A DNA stretch of 64,000 bases, from positions 37,262,001 through 37,326,000 of the forward strand of contig NC_043008.1 of assembly GCF_006345805.1 (NCBI RefSeq), written 5' to 3'. Below the pieces are notes generated by a model. The model made no database searches, was not told the DNA's origin, and was given only the letters and a program-made list of their open reading frames with translations. This document shows positions 12,960 through 26,990 of the stretch, piece by piece (position 1 is the stretch's first letter; each line of letters begins with the position of its first letter). Origin of the DNA: Octopus sinensis. Lineage: Eukaryota. The position numbers and the translations under genes are program-made.

Positions 12960-14040
12960 GATAGAGATGAATTGGAGCGAGGTTACGGGCAGGGTGGCTT
13001 CCATAACCCAGACCTGGTCTGGGCAGAGGCTATACATGAAAGGGAAGGTGGAGGTGGCAAATGTGTTTATCGCATCTGTCATTACCTACTGCCTAACTGT
13101 TGTGTCATGCCCCAATTCATGGCTAAACAAGTTGGAACGCATGCTCTTACACTTCTTGTGGGAGGGTAGGTGGCCTCTTGTGAGGTGCTCTGTTTGCTGC
13201 GAACAGCTGCTAAAGGGTGCGATAGGGATACCATGGCTAAAGATGCGCAGGCATGCACTGAGGCTGAAGCATCTCTGGCTCTCCCTGGACTGTGAGTGGG
13301 TGTGGTTTCCATTAGTTGATGAGATATTTCCCAGATTCACCTCTTTTGATGAACTGGAATGCTGGATCAGGTGTAGACCAAGGCTGTGAGCTTGGCAAGC
13401 AGTGTCGCCAGGTGCTCGTGCTTCTCTCTGGAATGAGCAATGCCAGTGGAGGGGTTACTACCTCGGTTTGCTATAAGGGCTGGCAGAGAGGCAAGTGTGA
13501 TGATAGCCTGGGGGAGACTCTGGGTTTCAATGAAAGACAACTTGCCAATCTGCATCCAAGAACTTTTGGCTCGGGACCTATCGACAACTTTCAGAGGTCC
13601 CTGGCTTGGCTGTGCTTCTGAAGTGTCTTGCCAGTTCGGGATAAACTCACATGGCACAGCATCTTGGTTTCGCCTATGTGCCCACATTGCAGGCAGAGCA
13701 AGAATACTGTTCTGCATGCAATCATGCAGTGTCCGAGTCTCTTGGACCTGTGAGTTTCTACTGAATGTGTATTGTCACAGCTGGGAAGAGTACAGCTGTC
13801 AGCCAAGTAGTTTATTGAGATCGTTCAACCGCCTTCTCTAAAAGAAGAAGAGAAATTCTGCTTTCTAGCCATAATAGCTATGGCAAAAGAGGTGATATGG
13901 AAGACACGCGGAAAAGGTATCACATCAGGCACCTTCATATCCAGGCATACTTTGGTTAACCTCCCTTAGGAGGTTAACCAAAGCATGCCCGGAGATGAAG
14001 GTCAAGTTTCTTCTGTAGGCCGAGTTTCTTTGTTGAGGGA
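12960..14040 (+). mobile_element. Tx1/L1-clade LINE fragment (post-RT and zf-RVT region)
   Basis: WSEVTGRV..TWSGQRLYMKGKVEVANVFIASVITY..LERMLLHFLWEG..IGIPWLKMRRHALRLKHLW, frameshifted downstream. Confidence 0.75.
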
Positions 14041-15349
14041 TAGAAGTAGTCCTCTGTATATTTCTAACTGCTGGGGAGAAATAATTACTGCTAACTCTAG
14101 GTTGATTTCTTCTAGTATTCCTTATCTTTGAGTTGCCCTATTCATAGTTTGAGAACGGCTTACTTCCAAGTGAGAAGTTAGTTTTGTGTATTTGAGTTCT
14201 TTTAGATGTTTATAATTTGATCTAGCTGGATGTTTATTCATTTCTGCCTGTGTAGTTGTTCCAGATTTTTTCAGGAAGGGGTTATCTGGGATCTACTTAA
14301 GTTTCCTTCGCAAATTGAACCACCTTTAATTTTGCTCGGATTGCTTTCAATTTTGGTATATCGATGCAAATCTGAATTTTGATTACGAACAACCAATTAC
14401 TTTATCTCATAAATGAAAGAATCTGATGTTATTTAGAACTAACTTTGGGAAATTTGGGTAATTTTAGCCAATCAGCAAACAGCGTGGCATTAGCATCTTG
14501 TTATCATGATAACCATACGCAGTGTTGTCTTTTACTTCATCCATGTCTGTGCTGCATGTTGTACTGTGTCAATTCTTCACACAAGATTCTTTTCACCCAC
14601 ATGATCTATTTTAATTTTTCTGTGTTAGTATATTTCCTGTTTTTTCTCTGCTTCTCTGTGTTAGTATTTTTCTGTGCTTTTTCTGCGTGTCAGTATTTTT
14701 ACATATTTTTCATTTCATATATTTTTCATACAGGTATTCTTTTTCTTGGATCAAATTCTTTGTTGACCAGTTATTCTTATCGTAGTTTACAAATCCAAGT
14801 ATGAAAACGTTACTCAACTTTGGAGTTTTGAAGACAGATGCCCCCTTTTCACACACACACATGCACTTATATATTAATGATGCACACAAATACATGACAG
14901 GTATACATAATACTGAAATACACATAAAATAAACACATGCAGACAAATATATTACTATAACAAATTAATAAAATGATAAAAACATACGATCAATGAAGAG
15001 ACAAAAGAAATAGTAAGAGGATACGTGTTTATTTTATTAGGTATTTCTGTTTATTAAGAAACCTACAATGAATAGGTCATTTCACAGATGCTAAACTACA
15101 AATTTCACAGGGTACAACCTGAAGGTTGATACCGCTCTGCTAAATGTTGAAAATTTCTGTCTCGCTATTCACTAAAAATACTCAATTTGTTCGTTTTTTA
15201 AACCCCTGTAACTTTTTCCTCCAATTTTTTTCTCTGCACATCATATCTTCATACCAATAAGACTAGAAAAGTGCATTATTTTAGCCAATTTTCAGATTTT
15301 TCACTTCCTTTTAAAAAATGCGTATTTTGTGAATCAGTTTAACCAGATC

Positions 15350-16150
15350 CGTTATCTGAACTGTATTCTCTTTTAAACTACTGAGTTTCATAGCTAAGGA
15401 AGAAATTAAACTGTTTTCCTACCACTGGAAGGAATTTATTTCTTCCAACTCACAGCCCTCGTTCCATAGTTTGATACCACTTTCCAAAAGTTGTTCGTTA
15501 GCATGTTTAGTGAGATTGGTATGCATTTCTTCGTCGATGGTTTTATATTTTTGTTTATTATTTGATGCTCAAAGTTTAAATAAATCAATTTCTGTTTTCA
15601 TTTTCTCTAGTGCTAATTTCTCCCTAAGTTGTCTTTGTTGTTTGAGCTCTTCTGAGATTGGTTTGATTTGTAGTTTCTGTGGGAGAATTGTGTTGTACTC
15701 ATCCATTTTTCATATACTTCTGCCTTATCATTATTTTTTATCATGTTCCAAAAAATAAATTTTCTAGCGTTTAGGTTTCTGGTCCAAATATGGTTAATGC
15801 GGTATTTAATTAAATTCGCTGACATTGGTACATTTTCATTAAGATTTTCGTATTTTGGTGATGATTCTTTTTCAAAATTGTTTGTAAAAATTGAGTGCAA
15901 TGTTGTGCATAGTTTGTTCAAATTATGACTAACTTTCTCTGTAAATTGTCTTCTCTGTTCATTTTCAGTAGCTTCTCAGGTGTAGTAATTTAATCCATCG
16001 ATTTTGTTAATTAGAATAACCAGATTTGAGTTAATTTCATTTAATTCCTTCAACATGTTATCGTTGGTAATTTCATCCAGTGTATTTGTGGTAGGTTTCG
16101 GTGGCAATTTCCATTCCACTTGTAGGAAATAGTAGTAAGAGTAATAACTA
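15350..16150 (-). mobile_element. Decayed N-terminal ORF of a retroelement (probably PLE or LINE)
   Basis: Broken K/E/N-rich frames including ARKFIFWNMIKNNDKAEVYEKW; family assignment from recall only. Confidence 0.35.
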
Positions 16151-16379
16151 TTACCAGTTACTTCTTAGATTTTTCTACTTGTTGATTGATTCACAAACTT
16201 TCATACAAGAACATTGACTAAAATCTTCTTAAGAAAATACGTAATTACAATAATTCCAATGTCCTCATTAGCAAAAGCAAAACCGGTCAACAACCACAAT
16301 ACTTTCTCATTTAAAATACATTAGAATTATGTAAACTGAGCATTTTCCTTCTTTTATTTTATATATTTTTTGCTCTCAC

Positions 16380-18092
16380 TCAACTACTTCTTGTTCACTG
16401 GTGATTTCTACCAGCAGTGTCTCGGGAGTCGCCATGGGAACGAGAATGGTCCCTAACTATGTGAACCTGTTCGTTGGTTATGTTGAAGCCCAAATATTCT
16501 CAAGTTTCACTGGTCCCACTCCCGAACTACAAGGCCGTTATATTGACGACTGTATCGGTGCGACCTCACTCTCCCATGAACATCTAGTCTCCTTCTTCTC
16601 TTTTGTCAAATCTTTCCATGCCCTCCACTTCTCCTGCACTATCTCTGACACCTGTGTCTCCTTTCTTGACATTTCGGTCAGCATTCATCACTCCACTTTC
16701 AACACCTCCATCCACTACAAACACAGACTCACACTCATACCTCAACTTCTCCTCCCATCCTAAACACACCAACTTTTCAATCCCCTATTCCCAATTGCTT
16801 CGTCTACGCAGGTTCTGTAGTGATGACCATGACTTTGAGACTCAGTCTCGACTCATGTCTCGACACTTCATCCTACATGGATATCCCCACCTCTTGGCTC
16901 ACAGCTTCTTCCCTAACCCAACCTCCCAAGCTGGCTCGTTCCCCTGCTCCTGTCCACGCAGCCACACTTGCCCTTACCTCTCCAGTACCACCATCCTCAC
17001 CAGCACCCATCATCGACTCTATCACATCACCGCCTCCTTCACCTGCACTTCTACCAATGTCATCTACTGCATCTCCTGCTCCCTCTGCCCTTCTCTATAC
17101 ATCGGGCAAACAGGACGCCGCTTGGCTGACCAGTTCATGGAACACCTCCGAGACATCCGATTCGGCAATGACACCTCAGTCTCGTGCCATTTCCACTCTG
17201 TCGGTCACTCTTTACAACACCTGTCCGCGTTCGGCTTGTCCTTGCACAGGGGCCATCCGAACTCTCGTTCGAACCATGAACAGGGATTAATCGTCTCTCT
17301 TCACTCCTTTGCACCACATGGGCTCAACTCTCCTCCCTTCTTCATCTAAACTCCTCCCCTCGCCTCTCTCCCCCTCACACCTACTTCCTCCCACCCACCT
17401 CTCCTCTCTTGCTCTGACTCCTACTTCTCTTCACTCCTACTCTCTTCTCTTCTCTTCATTCCTACCCACCTTCTCTTTCCATCCCTCGTAACCCCCACCC
17501 ACCCCTACACATTCCAACCCAACCTTCGTTTCCTTCCCACCCCACCCCATCCCTTACACCCACTCCCACATACCCCACTTCTACCCCACCCTCTGCTTAC
17601 CCACATAACCCATCTCTACCGCACTCTCAGCGTAACCCACACTCCACCCTTGCTTTCCCCAGTCTCACTTCCCCCACCTCCCAACACCATCACACCACAC
17701 AACACATCACATCACCATGCACACACTAGCACTGACCACTTCCCAGCCCCACATCTCCACACATGCACATGTCAAGGTCACCAGCCCTCTTCCACACGCA
17801 CATACATACTCTCTTATACACAGGCATACACACCTTCGTTTTGGGATCACCACTACTTTATTATCTCCCATTTTTCCTAGCTCTCCTGTGTGACCTTTCT
17901 GTCTAGCATTTGCCATGATAGATCGCTAGCCACTACACATTCTTTATTTTCTCTCCTTGTTTCTTTCTGTGTTCCTTTGTATGAAAGAGTATAGGCTCGA
18001 AACGTTAAAGACGTTTTCAATTCCTGAGCGTTAAACTAATACATCTGTTTGTTGTCTACACCACCTGTCTTCGTCTTGTTTTTTTGTGAATT
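16380..18092 (+). mobile_element. 5'-truncated Penelope-like retroelement (RT plus GIY-YIG) with pyrimidine-rich 3' UTR and HHR-like 3' end
   Basis: RT motifs GVAMGTRMVPNYVNLF, RYIDD and FLDISV; linker PCSCPRSHTCP; GIY-YIG NVIYCISC..LYIGQTGRRL..EH; frameshifted. Confidence 0.9.
17975..18010 (+). ncRNA. Degenerate hammerhead-like motif at the PLE 3' end
   Basis: CTTT GTATGAAA GAG TATAGG CTC GAAAC GTT AAAG: stem I CTTT/AAAG, stem II and GAAACGTT retained, 5' core damaged. Confidence 0.45.
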
Positions 18093-18184
18093 CTCCCTAC
18101 AGATATATATATATTTATATATATATATGTATACATGCATACATACACACACATGCACATACGCACACAGATGTATATATATAC

Positions 18185-18350
18185 TTGGTGACCTTGCTGG
18201 TACTGGTGGCACATAAAAAACACGCAATCCTCTCTGTAAAGTGGTTGGCATTAAGAAGTGCATCCAGCCACAAAAGCCATGTCAAAGCAGACAGTGGAGC
18301 AAGGTGTAGTCTTCTTGCTTACCAGCTCCTGTCAAACCACGATGATGATG

Positions 18351-18352
<2 letters not shown>
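18185..18352 (+). mobile_element. RTE-tail SINE fragment
   Basis: GTGGCACATAAAAAACAC..GTGGTTGGCATTAAGAAGTGCATCCAGCC..GATGATGATGAT. Confidence 0.65.
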
Positions 18353-18382
<30 letters not shown>

Positions 18383-18389
18383 TATATAT

Positions 18390-18423
<34 letters not shown>

Positions 18424-18814
18424 TGCACCTGCCTCTCTTTCCCCTGCACTCTAACACCTACTCACCACTGTGTTATCTGTCATTTGTCTCCAAGTCTCTT
18501 GTATCATTATTTGTATTTTGCTGTGCTCTGCACCCTCAAACACCCCATACTTTACAAACACACTATCAAAGCTCTGTCCCCATCCAATCCTACATATCTT
18601 TACCTTGACGGCCATCTGACACCTCATTACCAACTCTGACCTCCACCTTCTCTTCTAAGATGTGAGTAATCATATGGCTCCTCTTCAGCAAGAAACCCCA
18701 TTCGATTCTGGTCCTTATTCTCATATCTTTCTCCTGTCTATACTTCATCCTCCTAGTGTGAAGTTCCTCCTCTCTTCTCTGAGTTTATAGTCTTGTAAGC
18801 TGCATAGAAACCTC

Positions 18815-19020
18815 ACAAGTGGTGCTGGCACGAAAAATGTGCCCAGTACATGTTGAGAAGTGGTTGACATTAGCAAGGGCATCAAACTGTGGAAACCATA
18901 CATAAGAAGACAGTGGAGCATGATGCAGTCTTTAGGGCCATTGGATTCTGTCAAACTGTTCGACCAATACAAGCAAGAAACACAAATATTAGATGCTGCT
19001 CCTGCTGATGATGATGACGA
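18815..19020 (+). mobile_element. RTE-tail SINE fragment
   Basis: GTGGTTGACATTAGCAAGGGCATCAAACTGTGGAAACC..GATGATGATGAC. Confidence 0.6.
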
Positions 19021-20142
19021 TAAATCTTATTTATTTAATATTTATATATATATATATTGTTTTTTACCTTTCCTTATCTACCTATCTATCTACCCTACTC
19101 TCAATACATCCATGAACATTGATAGCACGATTAAGTACAAATTGTAACGAGTTCTTGTATTTTGTAACTGCTTTTTGTATTTGAAATTCAAATGTGTCTT
19201 GGAGAATATTAACGCTATAGTTTAGCCCTAGGTCAGTCCTTATGAAATAGATCTATGATCAAAGACATTCCATCAATAACCATTGCACCTTTTTTTTTTA
19301 CGGGTATAGAATATCTAGTAATACATTTCTTGATGCATTCTTCATGTTTTAAGAATTTAGGTATGTGATTTGAGGGAGATTTGCTTACTGTTTCTAGTAT
19401 TTTGAATGACCATGTTGAGACATGCTTGTTGGCTCGCAATGTGTCTTGTGGCACATTTAGCAAGTTGATGTTGTTTATTACATAGAACATTGAACCAATT
19501 AATTAGTTTTTAATGATATATTCCAATAAAATTTATTGATGCTTTGGTACCAAGCAGATTTACAGATTATTTCCTATCTTGTATATTGTAATCTGTTTCT
19601 ATATTAATATGCTAATACACACACAAAACTGCAAATCACACACACACATACACATTCATATTCAAGCTGGTTTTCAAACATTCATGCAGATTTGAATGGG
19701 CACATGCATACATATACATGCTTGTAAATTTATGCACTTTCCTGTGTAAATGAAGGTATTTTATCATGCACATGCATGCACATGTGGTATGGGTGCATAG
19801 AAATACATACACTAATGCATTTACACACTGGTGCCCACATATAAACATGTTTTCATGCATGCACATTCCTATACATTCATGTAAATGTAATTGCTTTTTT
19901 ATGCCTCAAAGGGCTTTTAAGAGATGGTGTTTAGCTTTAATTTCATGGCATTAAATAGATGAGCTAATCTGTCCCTGGCAAGATACCCTCACCGCATATA
20001 TTCTGAAATAAGCTGGTGGTGCCTCTTCCCATCAATCATGTGAGCTGAGGCAATGTAGAATATAGTGTACTGTCAAGGATCATAAGAAACCCCAGAAGAT
20101 TTTTGGCTTTCCTCCATCAACTATGCATGTGTTTCACCATCA

Positions 20143-21280
20143 ATGTCCAGGATGCCTGTGTGCTTGGCAGCAGGACCTTCCGAGAGGTTGGTGGAGTATT
20201 TGATTGTGGGTCATTCTTGAGCTTTGTAGAGTGCAAGCAACTGTTAGGGTTGAAATATTTTCTTGTCTCAAAGAAAAGGGCATGCCTTTGAGAAACTAAG
20301 TATGTACCTTTGCTAGGAGAGTTCTTCAGTGATAGGGAAACCCAACATTTGGAGTGACTGGGAGTGCTCCATTTGGAAGAGGTTTAGGGCAATGGTGCTT
20401 TCTTGAAATGGATAGTACTTGAGATGTGTTGTTCATAGGGACAAGTTTGGCATGTCCCCACTGACAGATATTCTCTAGTTCTTTGCTTATAGAATCAAAA
20501 CAAATTTGATTGGGTGTGTCTAAGCTGCTCACAGATAAGGGATGAATGAAAGTTCATTTCACCTGCATAAGCGTGAACATTGATGGATGCAACAGCAAGT
20601 AGATCATCGATGTAGTGGAGGAAATGAGTCAAGGACAAACCAGGACAAACCTTGGGGAAGATCAGATTAAAGTGGATCAGAAAGAACTCTGTCAATACAT
20701 AAGACAATGGTGTGTTCTGAAAGGAAGCTGCTAATCCAAGAGATGAAAAATAGGTGGCGCCTAAAGGTAGGAAGTTTTGATATGAGATTTGACAAAAGTT
20801 TTATACAGATATGGTTGAAGGCTTTGCTACTGTCTAAAGCATCAGCATTCCTGTCACTAAATGTTTCTAATGTGAGGGCCCACAGGTAAGTGACATGGAG
20901 AAATCTGTATCTATGGGAGCCATATTGATGGTCACCGAGGAGAAAGGTAGTTCCAAGATGTTGGAGAATGTCATTGGGAATGAGTGTTTCCGTTACTTTT
21001 GAGACATCAGAACTGAGAGCAATGGGATGTAAGTCAGCTTTCTTTGGAATGCGCTTCCAAGTGTTGAAGTATATTTTGGTAGAGAATCAGAGATGAATGA
21101 GCTGGGAGAATGTAGGTGTATATTCTGTGGTGCAATGTTAAAGAGTAATGGGAAGGACAATTTAGGAGTCAGTGGTCTTGTTTGTTTAAAGCGGTCAGAG
21201 GTAATTCTGCACTTAATGCATGTGAGGACTAGGTTGTAGAGACCTTGGATGTTTAGGAAGAAGAAGGAGAAATGGCAAAG
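20143..21280 (-). mobile_element. CR1/Jockey-like LINE RT fragment
   Basis: Minus-strand DSSKAFNHI, GLSLTHFLHYIDDLL, NVHAYA and LLALYKAQ, decayed. Confidence 0.7.
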
Positions 21281-22574
21281 GGTTTAGGTTCATTTTTTTA
21301 AAATATGGGCAAGTGTGGATTGGTCTCCAAGTTTGTACTGAATTTTTAATTTCTCATTTCTTTGTCATACATACTGACAGTATCAAAAAGGCAGATTTCA
21401 ATATGACATAAGATATGAAAAACTTTACCATCACATCATGCATGAAGCTTGAATAACCGGCCAGTGTGACTTGGAGTTCATGCGGTGATGTACCCATCCT
21501 GAACTCTGATGGTGAAAGACATGCATAGTTGATGGAAAAAACCCAAAAATCTTCTGCGGGTCCCTTATGATCCTTGACAGTACACTATATTCTACATTAC
21601 CTCAGCTCGCATGAATGATGGGAAGGGGTACCACCAGCTTATTTCAGAATATTTGCTGTGGGGGCATCCTCATCAGGGGCACATTAGCTCATCTCTTTAA
21701 TGCCATGAAATTAAAGCTAAGCACCATCTCTTAGAAGTCCTTTGAGGCATGAAAAAGCAATTACATTTACATGAATGTATAGGAATGTGCATGCATGAAA
21801 ACATGTTTATATGTGGGCATCAGTGTGTAAATGCATTAGTGCAAGCATACATGCACATGAATGCATGCAGATACATATTTGTGCAAAGTACACATGCATA
21901 TCTTTACATGCTTTCATTGTGATTTGGAAATCTAGTTTCTTAAACATGATGGCTCTTCATTGTTTAGGACTGCAAAAGTGCTGAGGGGCTCTTGCAGAGA
22001 TATATCAGTTATGACCAAGGGGAAGAGGACTCATTCTCAATGTCCAGACATCATCAGCTGTTATCATTTAGATGATCCAGAACATCATCAATGACAACTG
22101 CATAATGTTGACAAGGGCCATCTCAGAGCAGTTCAAGGTGGCAACATACTAATGTAAAATATCAGGTACAAAACTTACGTGAAGACAAGGAAAGGACAGT
22201 TTGTGTTTTGGTAAGAAACCAGATCCAAGATAGCAATTTCATTATGTGATTTCTCCCTTCCCTCTCAACATCTTGTGGCATTTAAGCCCTCCAGAAATTT
22301 GAACTCCTTAAACTACTGCATTTGAGGAAGTTTTAGATAGGGAACCAGTGGCAAAGAACTCACTGGGCGATATAACGAATAGCAGAGATGAAGTGGATGG
22401 CATGGATAGTGGACACATGACCATGACTCTGCACTGGAGCTGTTATTGGGGCTGAAGACGGTTTTTTCTAAAAGGCCCGTTTCCTTTTTGCATCTAGTTT
22501 AACATATGTTGCCATTTTTCTTGGAGTATGTTGATTTTCCTATTTCCTTTGTGTTTTGTTTTATCATTAGTACA

Positions 22575-22945
22575 ACCTGTATGTAAATGTGTGTGTGTAT
22601 GTGTGTACCTGTGTGTGTGAGCGTGTGTGTGTGTATATATATACATGCACACACACACATATATATATGCACACGCACACATGCTCACACACACATGCAC
22701 ACACATAGCACATACATGCACAACACACAGGAACACATATAAATTACGTACATACACTTCCACCCACACTCACATGCATATAGACATACACACATACCTA
22801 CATGCACTCATGTACACACACACATATATATATATTAAGAGAGAGAGAGAGAGGGACAGAGTGACTCGCAGAGCGAAACACAAACACAGCCATATGCATA
22901 TGCACACACACACACATTCCCACTCCATCTACATACACACACACA
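22575..22945. repeat. (TG)n/(CA)n/(AG)n compound low-complexity tract
   Basis: Direct reading. Confidence 0.9.
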
Positions 22946-23119
22946 CACAGCCACACCTTTAACTACAGCTGTTGATTCATGATTAACCTCTCACAGTGAC
23001 ATATACATCAACATTAACATACACACACGCAGATCCTACCACACACACACACACTGACCATTTTCACACTCTCCTGTCCCAGAAAGCACTTTCTCATCAT
23101 TCCTTCTACTTCAAGTCAC

Positions 23120-23340
23120 TTCAAAAATGTAACTGCACATGATTGTTAGTGACTTTTTTTCCTCCTTTGTCTTGGACTTTCCTGTTTTTCTTATTTCCGA
23201 AGAAGAGCTATGCTTGAAATGTAAAACTACTACTCTTTTCCTTCTTTGAGTGTCTTATTAATACATTGCTTGTGCTACATCCACGCGTTCATTTGCTTTT
23301 TTCTTTTTTCTTTTTTCTTTTTCTTTTTCTCTGTGTTATT
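23120..23340 (+). mobile_element. Degenerate relative of the 210-bp HHR element
   Basis: ATTT CCGAAGA A GAGC TAT GCTT GAAAT GT AAAAC at 23193-23227 with similar pyrimidine-rich flanks. Confidence 0.5.
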
Positions 23341-23589
23341 TTTAATTGACTATATATATATATATAAGGGCTGTATGAAAAGGTTTGAGCCTTGAAGTCT
23401 TGTACCATGTCTTGTTTTTTTGAGGCTCAATACTTTTCATACACCCCTTGTGTGTGTGTATATATATATATACATATATAAAATATGCATTGAATCTATG
23501 TAAAGGCATATGTGTGTATGTGTGTGTGTATATATATCTATATAGATATATATATATATATGCATGTCTATATACATACATATGTACAC

Positions 23590-23810
<221 letters not shown>

Positions 23811-23811
23811 T

Positions 23812-24196
23812 TCTTTTACTTGTTTCAGTTATTTGAATGTGGCCATGCTGGAGCACCATCTTTAGTTGAGCAAATCAACCCCTGTACTTATTTTTTTTGT
23901 GCCTAGTACTTGTTCTATTGGTCTTTTTTGCTGAACTGCTAAGTTATGGAGACGTAAACACATAAGCATCGGTCGTCAAGCAATGTAGGTGGGGACAAAC
24001 ACAAACACATACATATAAATATATATATATACATGACAGACTTCTTTCAGTTTCCGTCTGCTAAATCCTTTCATAAGGCTTTGGCCGGCTCAAGGCTATA
24101 ATAGAAGACACTTGCCCAAAGTGCCACGCAGTGGGGCTGAACCTGGAACCATGTGGTTGGTAAGCAAGCTACTTACCACACAGCCACTCCTGCACC
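23812..24196 (-). mobile_element. SINE family 1 (tRNA head, CORE-like segment), full length
   Basis: Colinear with 34186-34604, 44333-44734, 49978-50364 and 58745-59127; CCTTGGGCAAGTG segment resembles the CORE-SINE domain. Confidence 0.9.
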
Positions 24197-24262
24197 TATA
24201 TATAAATATATATATCTATCTATATATATATACACATATATACATATATACATACATGCATT

Positions 24263-24316
<54 letters not shown>

Positions 24317-26782
24317 CATACAGAGAGAAAGAGAGAAGAAGAGGAAAGGTGGAAAATGAACAGACAGCATGCATGTGCTTGCATGGTCTCCTAGAAACAT
24401 CTATAGACACATAATGCAACCACACTCACCCACACTACACTAGTTATTTCATAATTTACTTTCTTTTATTATCCTTCTGTTGTTGTTGTTGTTGTTGTTG
24501 CTGTTTCTATCACCAAAGATAATATTGGAATGAGATGACTCAATGTAAGCCGCAACATTTATCTTGTTACAGTGATGGCATCATCATCATCATCACCACC
24601 ATCATCATCATCATCATCACAACTGTTGTTGTTGTTGTCATTGTTGTTGCTGTTGTTGTTGTTGTATAGAAATCAGTCGTTCCTATAACATAATACTCAA
24701 GAGCTGTAAGTATTGTTATAGTGCTTATCTTTAAACTAACTTTATTAACACCAACATTATTGTCTCTACTCTGTGAAAGTTCTTTTAAAAAGAATCACGA
24801 AGCGTAACAATCAATGAAGGATGAGAATATCATGGAGATGATGACAGTGGTGGTGGTGGTGATGGTGGTGGTGCCAGCCGTCATAGCGATGACGACGATG
24901 GCATGGCGACGATGATGGTGGTAGCGATATGGCAGGTTTTCAGATTTCTAATGATTTAATATACATCACCCATTTGCTATATGTTGATTGATTGGATTAA
25001 TATAAGTACACGAATGGTGAATGGTTTTGAAAAGCTTTACACAAGATTGTCTTTGGAAAATGCCATAATGATAAACTGCTTGAGTTAACTCATTCTACAG
25101 CGGAAGTGGTTAAAGGCCAGAATCTTCTGAGAGACTGTTTCCCTCTGTAACTTTCTACTAGTTCTACCGTTATCCACCGCTACCATCACCACAACCACCT
25201 CTTAACATACTTGCTGCCCTGTGTTGCCCATTCTTTTGCAAGAATCTTATGTCTCTCTATTGAAGTAATAATAGCATCATAGGAGAAAAATCTTAATTTA
25301 TATACACACACAGACACACACACGCACACACACACATGCCCACACACACACACACATACACACATGCACACATTTATATGTGTATGTATGTATTTTTATC
25401 ATGACAATGAAATGTAGTATGATTAATTATTGTTGGATTAAAGTGTTATCATACTCTGTCAAACGGACGTTGACAAAAATGTTTTTGCTGTTGTTGATGA
25501 TGTGCTGATGGTGATTATTGATGATGATGCTGGTGATGGTGATGGTGATGGTGATGGTAAAGATAATAAATTTTAACAAAGGCACAAGTCAGAAATTTGG
25601 CTGAAGAGGAACAGTCCATTTCATTTAATTTTATATATGACTGGTAGTTCAAAATGAATTCTGTCTTCCACAGAGATTTTATTCATTGCACAGGAACAAC
25701 TTCACCTGGCAGTTTTTTACATATTATTTTCTTTTAATTTCTCTTCTTGGATCTTTTTCCAGTTTTCAAATAAGGTGCTTATCATTTTTGGCCTCCATCT
25801 AGTTTCCATTCTCATAAGTGGATGTAATGTCACACCAATGTGATGGGAGTGCTTCCTGGTCACTTAGCCCTTGGTTTTGTTCTTATTACAGCAAGCAACT
25901 CTCCTTGTCTCTGTTAGTTACACTCGTGAGAAGGTATTCTTAAGTTCCTTTCTAGCAATGGCAACTGGATAGTTTTTTGACTGATCCACAAGCTGTGCCT
26001 GGTGTTATCTTAACTCTCATAGGCCTGGGCCGCTGTGTCTAATTTTACCCTTCATCTGAGCTCTAGAGCAAATAAGTAAATAACTGCATATACAGCTCAA
26101 AAGTAATGATTCCAAGCAAACTAATAGAGAGAATCCCATCAAAATTTAGGAGAATAACAACAATAGGCCTATCTCACAACTACCATATTTTTTCCCCTGA
26201 GTCCCTACTTTCCTCATCACTTTTACTGGTTTGATGCCTGGAATCGCTCTCATTTCCAGCATAAGTGTAAACTCTTCATCTGAAGGACAAATATCACCAA
26301 TAATTTCCTCAACTGCAAAAATCTAGGCCTTGCTTGTTTATAAGAGGAAGTACTGGGTTCATTACATGCTTGTTTTATTGCAAAATCGATTGTTTTATTT
26401 TTTTGTTTTTATAAAAAAAAAAAATAAACAACAGCTATGGTGGGGGCATCATTAAGAATGAGTCATAAACAGACTTGACTACAAAACTGTAAAGTGATCA
26501 GTTGTTTAATTTTAGAATTTTATCTTCTTTTTCTACATGCATTGTTAATTACTGCTTTAATGGCAATCAAGCAGAGATGACATTTAAGCTATTCCCTCTG
26601 TAGTGGGAACATGACGTGACAGGGTTAAGACTGATGACCTCAGGGATTTGATCATGTTGTATCTTTTTCCTCTTGCAGAAAGCCCTAAAATAATTTTACT
26701 GCCATTACATGAGTAGCAGCTGAGTTGTCTACCTTAGATGCAAAGTTTTAAGGCCTTCCTGTCAGCACTCATTCATCATGAC

Positions 26783-26990
26783 CATTATTTAATATCCGTT
26801 TTTCATGCTGGCATGGATTAGATGGTTTGACAGGAGCTGGCAAGCCAAAAGGCTACACTAGGCCCAACTAATCTGTTTTGATATGGTTTCTATGGCTGGA
26901 TGCCCTTCCTAACACCAACTGCTTCACAGAGTGGATTAAGTGTTTTTGCATGGCACCAGCATCAAAGAGGTTACTAAGACAAAGAAGTTA
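26783..26990 (-). mobile_element. RTE-tail SINE fragment
   Basis: TTTAATATCCGTTTTTCATGCTGGCATGG..GGCTGGATGCCCTTCCTAACACCAAC. Confidence 0.7.
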
